Assembly: GCA_024679065.1 (NCBI GenBank) | Contig: JAGIQG010000018.1 | Span: 24,056,001-24,120,000 of the forward strand | Length of the DNA: 64,000 bases | Direction of reading: 5' to 3' | Source: Sphyrna mokarran | Taxonomy: Eukaryota | Part shown: positions 13,581 through 25,559 of the stretch, piece after piece | Layout: every line of letters begins with the position of its first letter | Position numbering within the stretch: position 1 is the stretch's first letter | Made by a program: the position numbers and the translations under genes | The notes under the pieces: model-generated | The model's input: the letters and a program-made list of their open reading frames with translations, nothing else | Told to the model about the DNA's origin: nothing | Database searches by the model: none

Positions 13581-14179
13581 TATACTTAAAGCATTATTTA
13601 ACGTTCTTGAACAATTGCTCTGCATTTCAGCTGCAATGAACAAGCTGCTTGGTGACTGACTTGACCAAGCATAGAAACCTCTAACATACATATTGTTTAG
13701 GTGCTATCCAGCAACCTTCTGATAGAGGAGTAAACATTTGGTAATGTTTCCTTGAAGTTAATAGGAATGAGAAAGCTCACCAAAGCTTTTAAACAGGAAG
13801 ATAAACATTTTAAGTTTGAGGTGTCAGTGGCCTGGGATCTGTGTAAATAATGTAAACTACCATATCGTTCTTGTGAACCATGTAAGGCGGAGCCCCTCCT
13901 GCAGTATAAGAGTACTGGAACTTTCATGAGGAATTTCATGTAATGGAAGGAACAATTTTCAAGGGAGAAAAGATAATTTGTGCAACACTGAAAAAAGAAA
14001 ATCACTGGCATAGAAACACACAAGAGAACTGTTTGAGATGTAATACATTAGCCTTGTATGGGAGCACAAATCGAGGAAATGGTCAATGTGTGTTTCCACT
14101 ACCTTCCCTGGCATAGAGTTCCAGGCATCCACCACTCTCTATGTAAAAAACTTGCATTGTACATCTCCTTTAAACCTTG

Positions 14180-14850
14180 CCCCCTTGCACCTATGTGCAG
14201 TATGCCAAATGTACAGTAGGCATACGGCATTCTTTCCTTCATTGGGTGAGGCATTGAGTTTAAAAATCAGCAAGTCATGTTGCAGCTTTATAGAAGCTTA
14301 GTTAGGCTGATTTGGAATATAGTGTTCAGCTCTGGTTGCCACACTATCAGAAAGATATGAAGTCTTTGGAGAGGATACAGAAAAGGTTTATCAGGATATT
14401 GTCTGGTATGGAGGGCATTAGCTATGAGGAAAGATAGAAGAAACTTGGTTTGTTCTCACTGGAATGATGGAGGTTGAGAGACGACCTGAAAGAAATCTAC
14501 AAGATTATGAGGGGCATGGACAGAACGGATAGTTGGAAGCTTTTTCCTAAGTGCGAAGATTCAATTACTTCAGGACATAGGTTTAAGATATGAGGGGCAA
14601 GGTTCAAAGGAGATGTACGAGGTAAGTTTTTTTACACAGAGGCTGGTGGATGCCTGAAACTTGCTGCAGTGGGAGGTAGTGGAAACAGATACAAAGTGAC
14701 TTTTAGGCATTTTGACAAATACATGAATAGATTAGGAATAGAAAATATGGTCCCTGGAAGAGTAGGGGGTTTTAATTCAGGTGGCAGCGAGGTCAGTACA
14801 GGCTTGGAGGGCCGAAAGGCCTGTTCCTGTGCTGTAATTTTGTTGTTTAG
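14180..14850 (+). mobile_element. CR1 LINE 3' fragment (ORF2 C-terminus and 3' UTR)
   Basis: LEYSVQLWLPHYQKDMKSLERIQKRFIR-like sequence and the GGGCCGAAAGGCCTGTTCCTGTGCTGTA tail, similar to 35100-35669. Confidence 0.85.
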
Positions 14851-15600
14851 ATCACAACAAGAACCATTTTAACCACACTCTGTTCCAGAGAGTCCCTGGC
14901 CGAAAATTGGAGTGAACTTGTTCACATTTGACAACAATGAGTACCTATTAGAAATTGATTATGATTCAAAGTTTTTTGAATCTGTGCTGCTGAAAAAGGA
15001 TTGTAAGAGAATCACTGTAATAAATCATTTGAAATCGATTTTTGTTTGCTATGGCAAACTTGAAGTGCACATCCCAAACTTAAATCCAAAATTCTCAGGC
15101 ACTGAGTTTGAACAGGATTGAGGTGAGTTTTGCCAGGCTATGTCAAATCCCAAATATCCACAATCCAACAGAATAGTGGGATGTATTATGCAAATCTTAA
15201 AACACTTGTTGAAGAAAGCAAAGACGGATGGAAGAGATTCTTACCAATCCTGCTGGATTTCAGGAATACTCCATTAAAGGACATTGAATCACCAACAGCT
15301 AAGCTCCTGTTGGGGAGAAAACTAAGAACTAAGTTTTCAACTGTGACCCAACTGGTATTTCCACTGTCAGTGAGATATAATGTGCAGAACTTTCTCAAAC
15401 TGAGACAGCAGAAGTAGAAACAGTACTTTGATAAAGGAACTGAACATGGCAGAGACTATGAGAGCTGGAATTCTGTTGCTGTCACAGGAACCACAGGAGT
15501 ACCAAGTTCTTTCATAGTGCAAACTCCAAATGGACAACGGTATGGGAGAAACCAGAAATTTCTAGGCAAAACAGATAAAACATGACACTGCTCTGAACCA
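14851..15600 (+). mobile_element. Gypsy integrase remnant
   Basis: PESPWPKIGVNLFTFDNNEYLLEIDYDSKFFE, SPKYPQSN and LLDFRNTPL...SPTAKLLLGRKLRT (ORFs 14912-15121 and 15130-15417). Confidence 0.85.
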
Positions 15601-16733
15601 GAAAGTGTAGCTGAAGATCAAGAACTAGAATTCACCAGTGAAGCAATAGATAACCAGATAAGCATGAGAGTCCTGAAAAGTATCTAAGCAGTGAAAATGA
15701 GACAGGACTGGAAAAGGTCCCTTGTCCTTCAAAATCACCTCGGTCACTATTCAGAACATTCAGTTGAGCAGTTGTGGGAAAAAAACAGGGAAATGTAGAG
15801 ATGAGTAAAAGGCAAAACAGACTGATATAATCAGAGTACGAAAGAATAGGTATGAGGTGGAAAGGGTGCAAAGCCAATTTCAATATGTATAATTAAATTT
15901 AAAAATAATTTGTAAGGCCCGGATACTATTGGTAGGGGATTGGGGGAGGGAGCGATCGTGGGTGAGGGGGTAGCGATTGACCTGGGCAGTGATCATTGGG
16001 AAAGAAGGGTTGGGCAATATCCAGAGGGAGGCAATGTTCAGGAAGGGAATTGGGGAAGTGACAGATTTCCCAGCACACTGTATACTGCACTGCTCATTGG
16101 GATCCTGGAGCTCAACAGCTGGCTTCCTGGTATGAATAGACTTTGTGAACTTCCCCTGCTGGCGGGAATCACACACTTGGTCTCTTTTTTTTGCTAAGTG
16201 CCGTACGTTGTGTCTACAAGTTCACCCAAAAAATGGATGTGATTCTCTCCCATTTTCACGTTCATTCAGCCCTTAAATTTTTTTTGGTAAGATTGCTGCC
16301 ATTGTGTACTTCAGTAGGCTAAAATCACAATCTGTTTCATTTTAACAGAAATTAGTCTGAAATGTTTTGTTTAAAACAAATGGAAATGTCATGATAATAA
16401 TTGATTGTGGATTCCAGGTATAAAATACAATGTGGTAAATTCTATTACATAGGGTCACCTGACCTGGAGTTTGTAGGTCAGACAGCAGGTGTAAGAGAAA
16501 GTTGTAACTTCAGAGATGCCTTGTAGTTGTGTGTTCATGTTGCAAAATATATTATTAATAAAGTTAGTTCACAACAATGGGGTCAGTCACCAACATTAAA
16601 ACAAGACAGTCTAAGATCTGTCAACAAAACCCTACCTAGTCTGAAAGGCAAGGAATCTGAGTATAAGCCAGAATTGCAAAGTAAAAAGTCTCACAACACC
16701 AGGTTAAAGTCCAACAAGCTTATTTGATAGTAA

Positions 16734-16773
16734 ACTCACTAGCTTTCGGGGTTTGCCCCTTCCTCGAGTGAGT
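16734..16773 (-). ncRNA. Minimal hammerhead ribozyme motif (CUGANGA box mutated)
   Basis: Minus strand: ACTCAC TCGAGGA A GGGG CAAA CCCC GAAA GCTA GTGAGT. Stem I has 6 bp and stem II has 4 bp. Confidence 0.65.
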
Positions 16774-18593
16774 GGAGAGTTCTGGTCACAGAGCATATAC
16801 AGGCACGTGCAGTTTACAGAATACTGATTAGAAAGCGAGTCTTTACAGCTAATCAATTCTTAAAGGTGCAGACAATGTGAGTGGAGATAGCATTAAGCAT
16901 AGATTAAAGGGATGTGTATTGTTTTCAGAATAAGTGAGATGTTGCAAGCCTAGGAGTTACAGATAATGTGACATGAACCTAAGATGCTGGTTGAGGCCAT
17001 CCTCACGTGTGCAGAACTTGGCCATCAGTTTCTGCTCAGCAACTCTGTACTGCCGTATGTCGCGAAGGCTGCATTGGAGAATGTTTACCTGAAGATTAGA
17101 GGCTAAATGCCAGTGACTGCTGAAGCGCTCACCAACAGGAAGGGAACAGTCTTGCCTGGTGACTGTCAAGCACTGTTCATTCATCCGTTGTCATTGTGTC
17201 TGCATGGTCTCCCCAATGTACCATGCCTCCGGACATCCTTTCTTGCAGCGTACCAGGTAGACAGTATTGGTTGAGTTGCAAGAGTATGTGCTATGTACCT
17301 GGTGGATAGTGTTCTCACATGAAATGATGGCATCCATGTCAATGATCCAGCATGTCTTGCACAGATTGCTTGGCAGGGTTGTATGTTGTTACGGTCACTG
17401 TTCTCTTGAAGACTGGGTAGTTCACTGCGGACAATAGTCTGCTTGAGGTTCTGCAGTTGTTTGAAGGCAAGAAGTGGGGATGTGGGGATGGCTTTGGCAA
17501 GATGTTCGTCTTCATCAATGACATGTTAAAGATTCCGAAGAAGACGTCATAGCTTCTCCGCTCCGGGAAGTACTGAACGATGAAGGGTACTCTGTCCATT
17601 GTGTCCAAGCTTGTCTTCTGAGGTCTGTGTGGTTTTTTGCTGTGGCGCGTCGGAACTGTCGATTGATGAGTTCAGCGTGATATCCTGTTCTTATGACGGT
17701 ATCTTTCAGCGTCTGGAGGTGTCTGTTGTGATCCTCTTCATCTGAGCAGATCCTCTGTATATGGAAGGCATGTCTTTAGGGGATGGCTTCTTTAACATGT
17801 TTAGGGTGGAAGCTGGAGAAGTGGTTATCTGTGGGCTTGCGGTACAGTGAGGTGCTGAGGTAACGGCCCTTGCTAGAGGTGTATATGCCCAAGAATGCAA
17901 CTGATTCTGGAGATTGGTCCATGGTGAGTCTGATGGTGAGATGGAACTTGTTGATGTCATCATATAGTTGTTTCAGTGATTGTTCACCATGAGTCCAAAG
18001 GAAGAAAATGTCATCGGTGTATCTAGTGTATAACATTGGTTGAAGATCCTGTGCAGTGAAGAGGTCTTGTTCGAGCCTGTGCATGAAGATGTTGGCATAT
18101 TGAGGTACGAATTTCGTCCCCATGACTGTTCCGTGTGTCTGGATGAAGAACTGGTTGTTGAAGGTGAAGACATTATGGTCCAGGATAAAGTGGATGAGTT
18201 GTAAAATTGCATTTGGAAAATGGCAGTTGTTGGTGTTGAGTAGTGAGGCAGTTGCAGCAATGCCATCATGGTGGGGGATGCTGGTATAGAGCGCCAAGAC
18301 ATCCATTGTGACGAGGAGTGCCCCTGGTTCAACTGGTCCATCTGTGCTGAGTTTCTATAGGAAGCGCGTAGTGTCACAACAAAAGCTGGAGGTTCTTTAA
18401 ACTTTGTTTCAGGATGTCCTTGACTTAGCCGAAGAAGTTCTTGCGCAGGGTCCCATTGCCCGATATGATGGGACAGCCAGATATGTTTGGGAGGCAATAG
18501 AGATCTTCAAAGTGGGAAGTACGTGGGATGAGAGCATGGAATCAGTATTCTGTAAACTGCATGTGCCTTTATGTGCCCTGTCTGAAACTCTTC

Positions 18594-18633
18594 ACTCACC
18601 TGACGAAGGGCCAAACCCCAAAAGCTAGTGAGT
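18594..18633 (+). ncRNA. Minimal hammerhead ribozyme motif (GAAA box mutated)
   Basis: ACTCAC CTGACGA AGGG CCAAAC CCC AAAA GCTA GTGAGT. The G>A change in the GAAA box is consistent with CpG decay. Confidence 0.7.
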
Positions 18634-19384
18634 TTACTATCAAACAAACTTGTTGGACTTTAACAGGTGTTATGAGACTTTTTACTGTGTTTACCCCAGT
18701 CCAACACCGGCATCTCCACATCAGAATTGCAAACCCATTTAAAATTGAGATGTTTGGAAGAATCTCTCTTTAGATAATATCGGGTAGGTTTACAAATTGT
18801 CTAGTTTATAAACAGCATTGAAATGAATCTCAAACAAAAATCTCCTCTCTCCCCCCACACCCACACCCCCACCTCACTTCCAACACCCCAATCTCAAATG
18901 AACGCCTGAAGTGTGAAGTGTAAAATCACAGTACAAACACCCCCTGAGCAGAGCAAGAACTGTGGAATTGCATTCTCTTAATTATAATCTGATGAACAAC
19001 ATTGTGTGCCTGCACAATATCTCAGTCTGGGGTCCAGCAAAGTTCATGACATTTGCTTTGCTTTTCCCTCATTGCCGCCTGAGATTTTCTTTGAAGGTTA
19101 GAGGCATCTTTCTGAATAATTGGTTTGTTGGAGTGTGTTCAAACAGATCGATATGGAACTTGCTTCATCCAATCTGATCGACAACTGAATATAGTCCAAA
19201 AGCATTGAAACTCTCACCACATTTGGTCCAAAAACACCACTATCTTCAGGTATCATACACTTATAGACTTGTTGCATCATGTGCTATCAGCTGTGACTCA
19301 GTGATTAGCACTGTTACCCTGATTAAGAGAGTTGTGAGTTCAATCTCTGCAGCAGAGATTTGCACCCATAATCCAGCTGCCACT

Positions 19385-19890
19385 CCAGTGCCAATTTTGA
19401 CTTCCTTATTGAAGAAAGGATGTATTTGCATAGAGAGAGTGCAGTGAAGGTTCATCAGACTGATTCCTGGGATGGCAGGATTGTTGCATGAGGAGAGATT
19501 GGTTCTACTGGGCCTGTATTCTTGGAATTTAGAATAATGAAAGGAGATTGCATTGAAGCACATAGAATTCTGACAGGGCTGGACAGATTGGACGCAGAGG
19601 TGTTTCCCCTGGCTAGAGAATGTAGAACAAGAGGTCACAGTCTAAGGTTAAGACTGAGATGAAAAGAAGTTTCTTCACTGTGCATGATGAACCTATGCAA
19701 TTCTCTACCACAGAAAGCTGTGGAGACCATATCACTGAATATATTGAAGAAGGAAAAAGATAGATTTCCAGACTTTAAAAGTGTCAAAAGGTGTGGAGAG
19801 AGTGGTGGACTATGGCATTAAGTTAGAGGATCTGCTATGATCATGTTGAACAGAGCTGTTTCAAAGGCCAAACAGCCTATTTTCTGTGTT
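19385..19890 (+). mobile_element. CR1 LINE 3' fragment
   Basis: ERVQ*RFIRLIPGMAGL-like sequence, the AGAACAAGAGGTCACAGTCT region and a CR1 3' UTR. Confidence 0.8.
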
Positions 19891-19919
19891 TCTATGTACT
19901 GGATTGTTGATGGTGCTGT

Positions 19920-20175
19920 ATTTTAGCCCTCAGTTGGATCCAAAAGATTTCATAGCATTATTTGAAGAAGAGCAATCAAGGTCTCTGCAGTGCCTGACCA
20001 ATCCCTCATTTAACATTGCTAAAAATAGGTTATTTGATTGTTATCACTTTTTTGTGAAAATTACTGTGTGTATATTGGCTGTGCAAGAATTACACTTAAA
20101 AGTACTTAATTGCTAATAAACAGCATCAGAAATCTTGAGATTGTGAGAGGCCTTATAGAAATGCAAGTTTTCTCT
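19920..20175 (+). mobile_element. SacSINE1/AmnSINE1-like Deu-domain SINE fragment
   Basis: CTCAGTTGGATCCAAAAGATTTCATAGCATTATTTGAAGAAGAGCA and the tail ATAGAAATGCAAGT. Confidence 0.65.
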
Positions 20176-20789
20176 TAGATACACAAAAAATTTGCAGGAG
20201 CATCATCTCAGACCAATGAGCAAAAAGTGACTTGAAGAAAACTTTTTAAATAGTATATTTGCTGGGAATTTAATATATGGGTCTGATTTATGTCCCAGGA
20301 TGTTAAAATCCATTGCTAGCAAGGGAAGGGACATCTTTAGTTGTGATGTATCACAGTCAAGAATTTACCATCTTGAGGATTGAGAGGGCAGCTGCTGATT
20401 GGAATGCAAACACTTGTGTCAGCACCTGTAAAGCGCGACTTCACCTGTGAGACACACTTCCTCTCCATCTGAAATGCTTACCCAGCAGTCATCTCGCTGT
20501 AAAATTTTGCACACAGCTGTAAAGGAGCTGATTTAGATGTCCCTTGCTTCAAACCATACTATAGATGGAGCCTTATTGCAATACACTGAGTTTGAAATAT
20601 AATTACAGAATATGTACTAAGTGCCACTCATAATTTTTACAAAACAAAAATTAAATTCATCTGCTGATTCAAATATTTATTCCCCACCCTCACTGTCGAC
20701 AGATGTGTGATCACAATTAGAATTTAACAGGCTACATTGAATCTTTTAATTGCTAATACACCAAGGAAATTTCCATTTTCTCAGGGCTG

Positions 20790-20985
20790 CCCTGGAAGTT
20801 TTTAATGGGGCAGTGTTGATGGAGCTTTACTCTATATTCTATATTTGCTTTACTTGTCCTGGGAATGTTTGAGTGAACAGTGTAGGGGGAGCTTGAGACA
20901 ACTCTAGTATGCCTGACCTTGGAGCGTTTGATCAGACACTGTAGATGGAACTTTAGTCTGCATGTAATCTAGTCTGGACAGATGA
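20790..20985 (+). repeat. Degenerate tandem repeat, ~60-65 bp unit, about 3 copies
   Basis: Recurrent CCTGGGAGTGTTTGA...ACAGTGTAGA/GGGAGCTTTACTCT motif at ~20790, ~20858 and ~20917. Confidence 0.55.
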
Positions 20986-22519
20986 TATTGGATGCAAAAA
21001 CTCAAGAGGTCATCCGTGATATTTAATTTATTTGAAGGTAGAAGGGAAAGAGAAAAATGCAGACACTATCTGAGAATGCTTTTGTTGTACAGCAAGATAG
21101 GATACTGTGAATGGCTGAGCATAAAAGACAAAATAAGTAATAAGTTAACAAGCTAATGGAGATGTCAGACACTGAAGTCAAATGAACAGTGTTTGTTAAA
21201 ACATTGGCCCCACATTTCCATAACTGGAAAGTAAATTAAATGCTGGGACATGGTCTTGTAATCCATTTGTAGCAGCCTTAGGTGAGACATGCGCTGACAT
21301 CACTGATGCTGTACCATGCTTCAGCTTAATTACTAAACAGCTGCTGACAGAATTTTCACAGCCTTTACTAGACTTACAATCTGATGAGTAGTGATTGGAT
21401 TTATTAGAGATGTAGTCACAGACTCCAGGTGACCACGCCCTCCCAAATAGACTCCTGTTTGCTGGGTTAAATTGCGCAGCCTCCCTTCTTCCACCATCTT
21501 CTCATTAGTTCCCCCAATCTTTTCTGGCATCCTCATGGATCATCAGAGCATGCAAGGTACATCGCTATGGAGAAAAGAAACTAGAAAAGAAAATAGGATT
21601 TTCTGCTGCTATTTTCAGTGGGATCAGTGATGGGAGCGGAAAATTTCATGAGATGTCCAAATCACATTTCACTCAATGCAGAAGTGTGATGTGATTGTCC
21701 CCATCCCAAGCCAGAGATGTAATGGGGTTTTATCAATGTCAGGAACATAACTTCTATACATTTACATCTAATTATCAGGCCTCTATGCCTGAATCACACC
21801 CTTGTAAAGAAAGAAGTCTATTCATGTCAGCATCAGGGCAGACTGATGTGAATTCTGACAGGTCCGCCAAGGTGTGAACCTAGCGGCACACCTCCCAGAG
21901 GAGAGGGAGTAGAGGGTCACTACCCAGGCACTGGTTTTTGCAATGACTGGGGTGTTATGTATGCAGGGCTTAGCCCCTTTATGAGGATGAGTCAGGTGAC
22001 CCAGGGCATAGGATGATTTGCCCAGGAAACCACCACACTGGACAGTCAGAGTGCAAGTTCTTCAGTAAACCCAGTTATTCTGGTGACTTGCCTTTCTGTG
22101 TGACTTCTTTGGAGTACCTCCTCAATAATCTCAGACTTAACATAGGGTGGTGCCCAGGTAGTGCTGGGGGAGGGACCTTTGAAGGAGTGATGCACTGTCA
22201 GAGGACACTAAGAGAACTGAGGGGCAGTGTCTAGAGGATTCCTGGTTAACTTTTGTGCAATGGGTCAGCCTTCAAAAATGCACCCTGATCTTCAAAAAAC
22301 TAGATTGCTGGGAATGCTGACTGAATCAAAGATTGTCGCGGGATTCACTCCTTTAATTTTTTTTCACTATGTCCCAAAATATGGAGGAGAACAACCATTA
22401 TTGGTGCTGATGACTTCAACGCCAACACTTTTCCCACTCGCTATTGGTTTTTGCTGATATTTGGGAAAATTCTGCCCACTATCTATGTAATCACTGTTGT
22501 AATGCAGCAAATATAGAGG

Positions 22520-22830
22520 AGAGAAGCTGGTGGAATGGTAATGTCACTGAGTTAATAATATAGAGGCCCAGGTTAATGCCCTGTGGACATCCCACCATGG
22601 CAATCTGGACTTAAAAACTGGTCTTGGTAATAATGATTATGAAAACATTGTTGTTGTTAAAAACGCATCAGGTTCACTAATGTACTTTAGACCTGGCCTG
22701 GCCTACATGCCAGGCCCACAGCAATGTGGTTGACTATTTACTATCTGTGAAGTGGCCTAGCAAGCCATTTAAATCAAGCATGATTCGGCCAAAAATGCTG
22801 GCTTTGCTATGACAGAAAAAATTAATAAAA
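22520..22830 (+). mobile_element. tRNA-derived SINE (same family as 40364-40725)
   Basis: Shared GGTTCACTAATGT.CTTTA...CCACAGCAATGTGGTTGACT and AATGCTGGC tail. Confidence 0.65.
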
Positions 22831-22909
22831 ATTAAGTTTCTCAAAGCATCTTTATGAAAATAACCAGATAATCTGTCTTGGTGATGTTGATGGTGGGATA
22901 AACATTTGA

Positions 22910-23760
22910 TACAGGATCATAGAATGGTTTCATCACAGAAATCATGAGTCATGCTGGCCTGCTGCGGGAAAAACAGCCAGTTACGTTCCCCTTTTTTCCC
23001 CTTTCCCAATTGCCCAGCAGTTTTGTTCTCTTCAGGTATTTATTCAATTCCCTTCTGAAAGCCAGACTTGAATCTGCCTTCATCACTAGTTCAGGTTGTG
23101 CATTCCAGCTCCTAATCACTTGCTGTTCAAAAAAATCTTTTCCTCATGCCACTTTTGATTCGTTTGCCAGTCATTTAAATCTTTGTTCTCTGGTTCTCAA
23201 TCCTTCTGCCAATGAGAACAATTTCTTTCTAGTTTATTCTGTTCAGATGCCTAATGATTTTGAATACCCCCATCAAGATACCTCTCAACCACTCAATCTT
23301 CTGAGACTCCCTCATTCCTGAAAACACTCTCATAAATATTTGCTGCATTCTTTCTAAAGTGCAATGCTCAAATTTGGATACAAAACCAGTATTTTATGAA
23401 GGTTCATGATAAATTATTTACTTTTAAATTCTATGCTTATATTTATAAAGCCTAGGATCCTCATCCAACCGAAATATATGGTTTCACATTTTTCTGCATT
23501 GTTACATCTGCTATGCATCCACTTATTCCACCAGGCTTTCTGTGTCCAGATTATTGTTTCTAAATTTTTTACCACTATCGGGGTTAAACCAATTGGCTTG
23601 CAGTTGTTAGGTTTTACAAACATCCTTTTTTGAACAAGTGTGTAATATTAGTAATTCCCCACACCTCTGACACCACTATATCTAAGGAGGATTAGAAGAC
23701 ACTGGGGAAGTTTTCCCTGCTTCTCTTCAGATAGATCCTTGGATTCATTTACCTGAAAGG
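22910..23760 (-). mobile_element. CR1 LINE fragments
   Basis: The minus strand gives NNCKPIGLTPIVVKNLETII and AEKCETIYFG, with a reverse-complement CR1 3' UTR. Confidence 0.7.
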
Positions 23761-23794
23761 GTAGCCAAAGCGAAGTTTACTTACTCCTTTAAAA

Positions 23795-24375
23795 GATTGC
23801 ACTTCCGACAGCACAGCACTTCATCAGAATAGTCCTTCTGACAGTACAGTATTCCGTGCCTGTGAGAGTGCAGTGCTGTTACAGTACTGTCCTTTGACAG
23901 TGCATTACTGCTTCAGAAGTCTCTCTCCAACCATGAAGTATTCCTCAGTACTGCCTCTATGATAGTGTGTAAATCCCTTTGTACTGTCCTTCTGACAGTG
24001 CAGCATCTCTTAGGACTGCATCCGACAGTGCAGCATTCCCTAGGTACTGACCCTTTAACGTTGCAGCATTCCCTTAGTATTACCCTGCTGACAGCGCAGG
24101 AGTCCCTTAGTATTTCCCATCTGGCAGTGCAGCATTTCTGCGGTATTATCCCCTTCACAGACAGTGGACCAGTCCCTTAGTACTGCCCTTTTGACAGTGC
24201 AGCATTCCCTCTGTACTGTTCCTCTGACAATGCAGCACTTCCTCAGTACTGCTTATAATAACTCCAGGAGTCACCAGGGACTTGTATTCTATGAATCCTA
24301 CAAGGAGGTCAAACAGTGATTCCCCATGCAAGACCTGGGAATTATAACACTGCCTGCCTGACACTGCAACTCTCC
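23795..24375. repeat. Minisatellite, ~32-33 bp unit (GACAGTGCAGCATTCCCTCAGTACTGCCC-like), more than 12 degenerate copies
   Basis: Directly visible recurrence of ACAGTGCAGCA...AGTACTG(T/C)CC. Confidence 0.85.
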
Positions 24376-25029
24376 CTTTTAAGCATTGATGACAATAAAA
24401 TGATAACTCTATGAAAAAATTCTGGAAATCCCCAATTAGTTTGGCAACATCTGTGGCAAGAACAATGGAATTAATGACCTTTCATCAGAACTGGAAAAAG
24501 TTAGAAATATAATACATTTTGAGCAAGTGAGAGTGGAAAGATGAACAAAAGGGAAAGGCAAGAGAGTTTAAATGACAAGAGGATTTAGGGTGGAAGACCA
24601 AATGGGGTAACAATGGGGCGGGTAAAGAAAGAACTATTGTGTCTAAAGCATTAGCTGCTATTCAGGCACAAAATAAAAGAAATAAGAGGGAAATAAGAGG
24701 AAAAAACAAATAGCAAAGAAATATAAAAAAGGGAAGTGGAGATTATGATCTAAAACTGCTGAACTCAGTATTGAGTCCAAAGGCTATAAAATGCCCAATC
24801 AAAAGATGAGGAACTGTTCTTCAAGCTTACATTGTGCTTCATTGAAATACGTTGGCACTCTAAAGACAGAAAGATGTAGAATTGAAATGATAGATGAGTG
24901 GAAGATTGGGGTTGTGTTTGTAGAGTGAGTGGAGGTGTTCCCCAAAGCAATCACTGAGTGCATTTGGTCTCCCCAGAGTAGAAGAGGCCACTTCATGAGC
25001 AGTAAATATAGTATACTAAGTTGAAAGTT

Positions 25030-25540
25030 CTTTTTCTTTTCTCTTCCATAGAATTGGGTGATACTGGCGAGGCCAGCATTTGTTGCCTATCTCCTTATTT
25101 GCCATTGATAGGCCATTTGAGAGGGGATTGTGGTAGATCTGGAGTAATGTGTAGGCCAGACCAATTAAGTATGGCAGATTTCCTTCTCTAAAAGGAATTA
25201 GTGAAGCAGATAAGTTTTTACAACTATCAATGATCGTTCCCGTAAACCATTCTTGCAAACTTCTTCTGCAGTCTCTCGTTCACGTGTGTTCACCTCTTTC
25301 TTATAATGTGGCACCCAAAATTGTACAGAATATACCAGCTGAGGTCTAATTAGTGTCATGTATAAGTTCAGCATAACCTCCTTTTTCTTGTACTTGATGC
25401 TCCTGAGAGTGGTTTCATATTCCAGATTAATTAACTGAACTTAAATTCCATTGGTTGTTGTGATGGAATTTGACCCATGTTCCCAGAGCATTAGCCTGGA
25501 TCTCTGTATTACTAATCCAGTGATATAAATGACCTCATTG
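25030..25540 (-). mobile_element. tRNA-derived SINE (40364 family) interrupted by a CR1 fragment
   Basis: GGCCAGCATTTGTTGCCTATC tail, GGCAGATTTCCTTCTCTAAAAGGAATTAGTGAA, and a reverse-complement head at ~25450-25540. Confidence 0.6.
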
Positions 25541-25559
25541 CTACTGACTCAGAATTGTT

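Larger units (their letters stand above)
16681..18723 (-). mobile_element. Penelope-like element (RT plus GIY-YIG) with an inverted terminal pLTR and TSD
   Basis: RT motifs MDVLALYTSIPH, GTVMGTKFVPQYANIFM and RYTDDIF (ORF 17776-18306), GIY-YIG VYLVRCKKGCPEAWYIGET (~17200-17265), inverted arms 16681-16829 and 18540-18685, and direct repeat GAATTGCAAA at 16671-16680 and 18724-18733. Confidence 0.95.

Noticed and set aside
23795-24375. Regularly spaced repeats as a CRISPR array
   Set aside because: The units are contiguous degenerate tandem copies without unique spacers.
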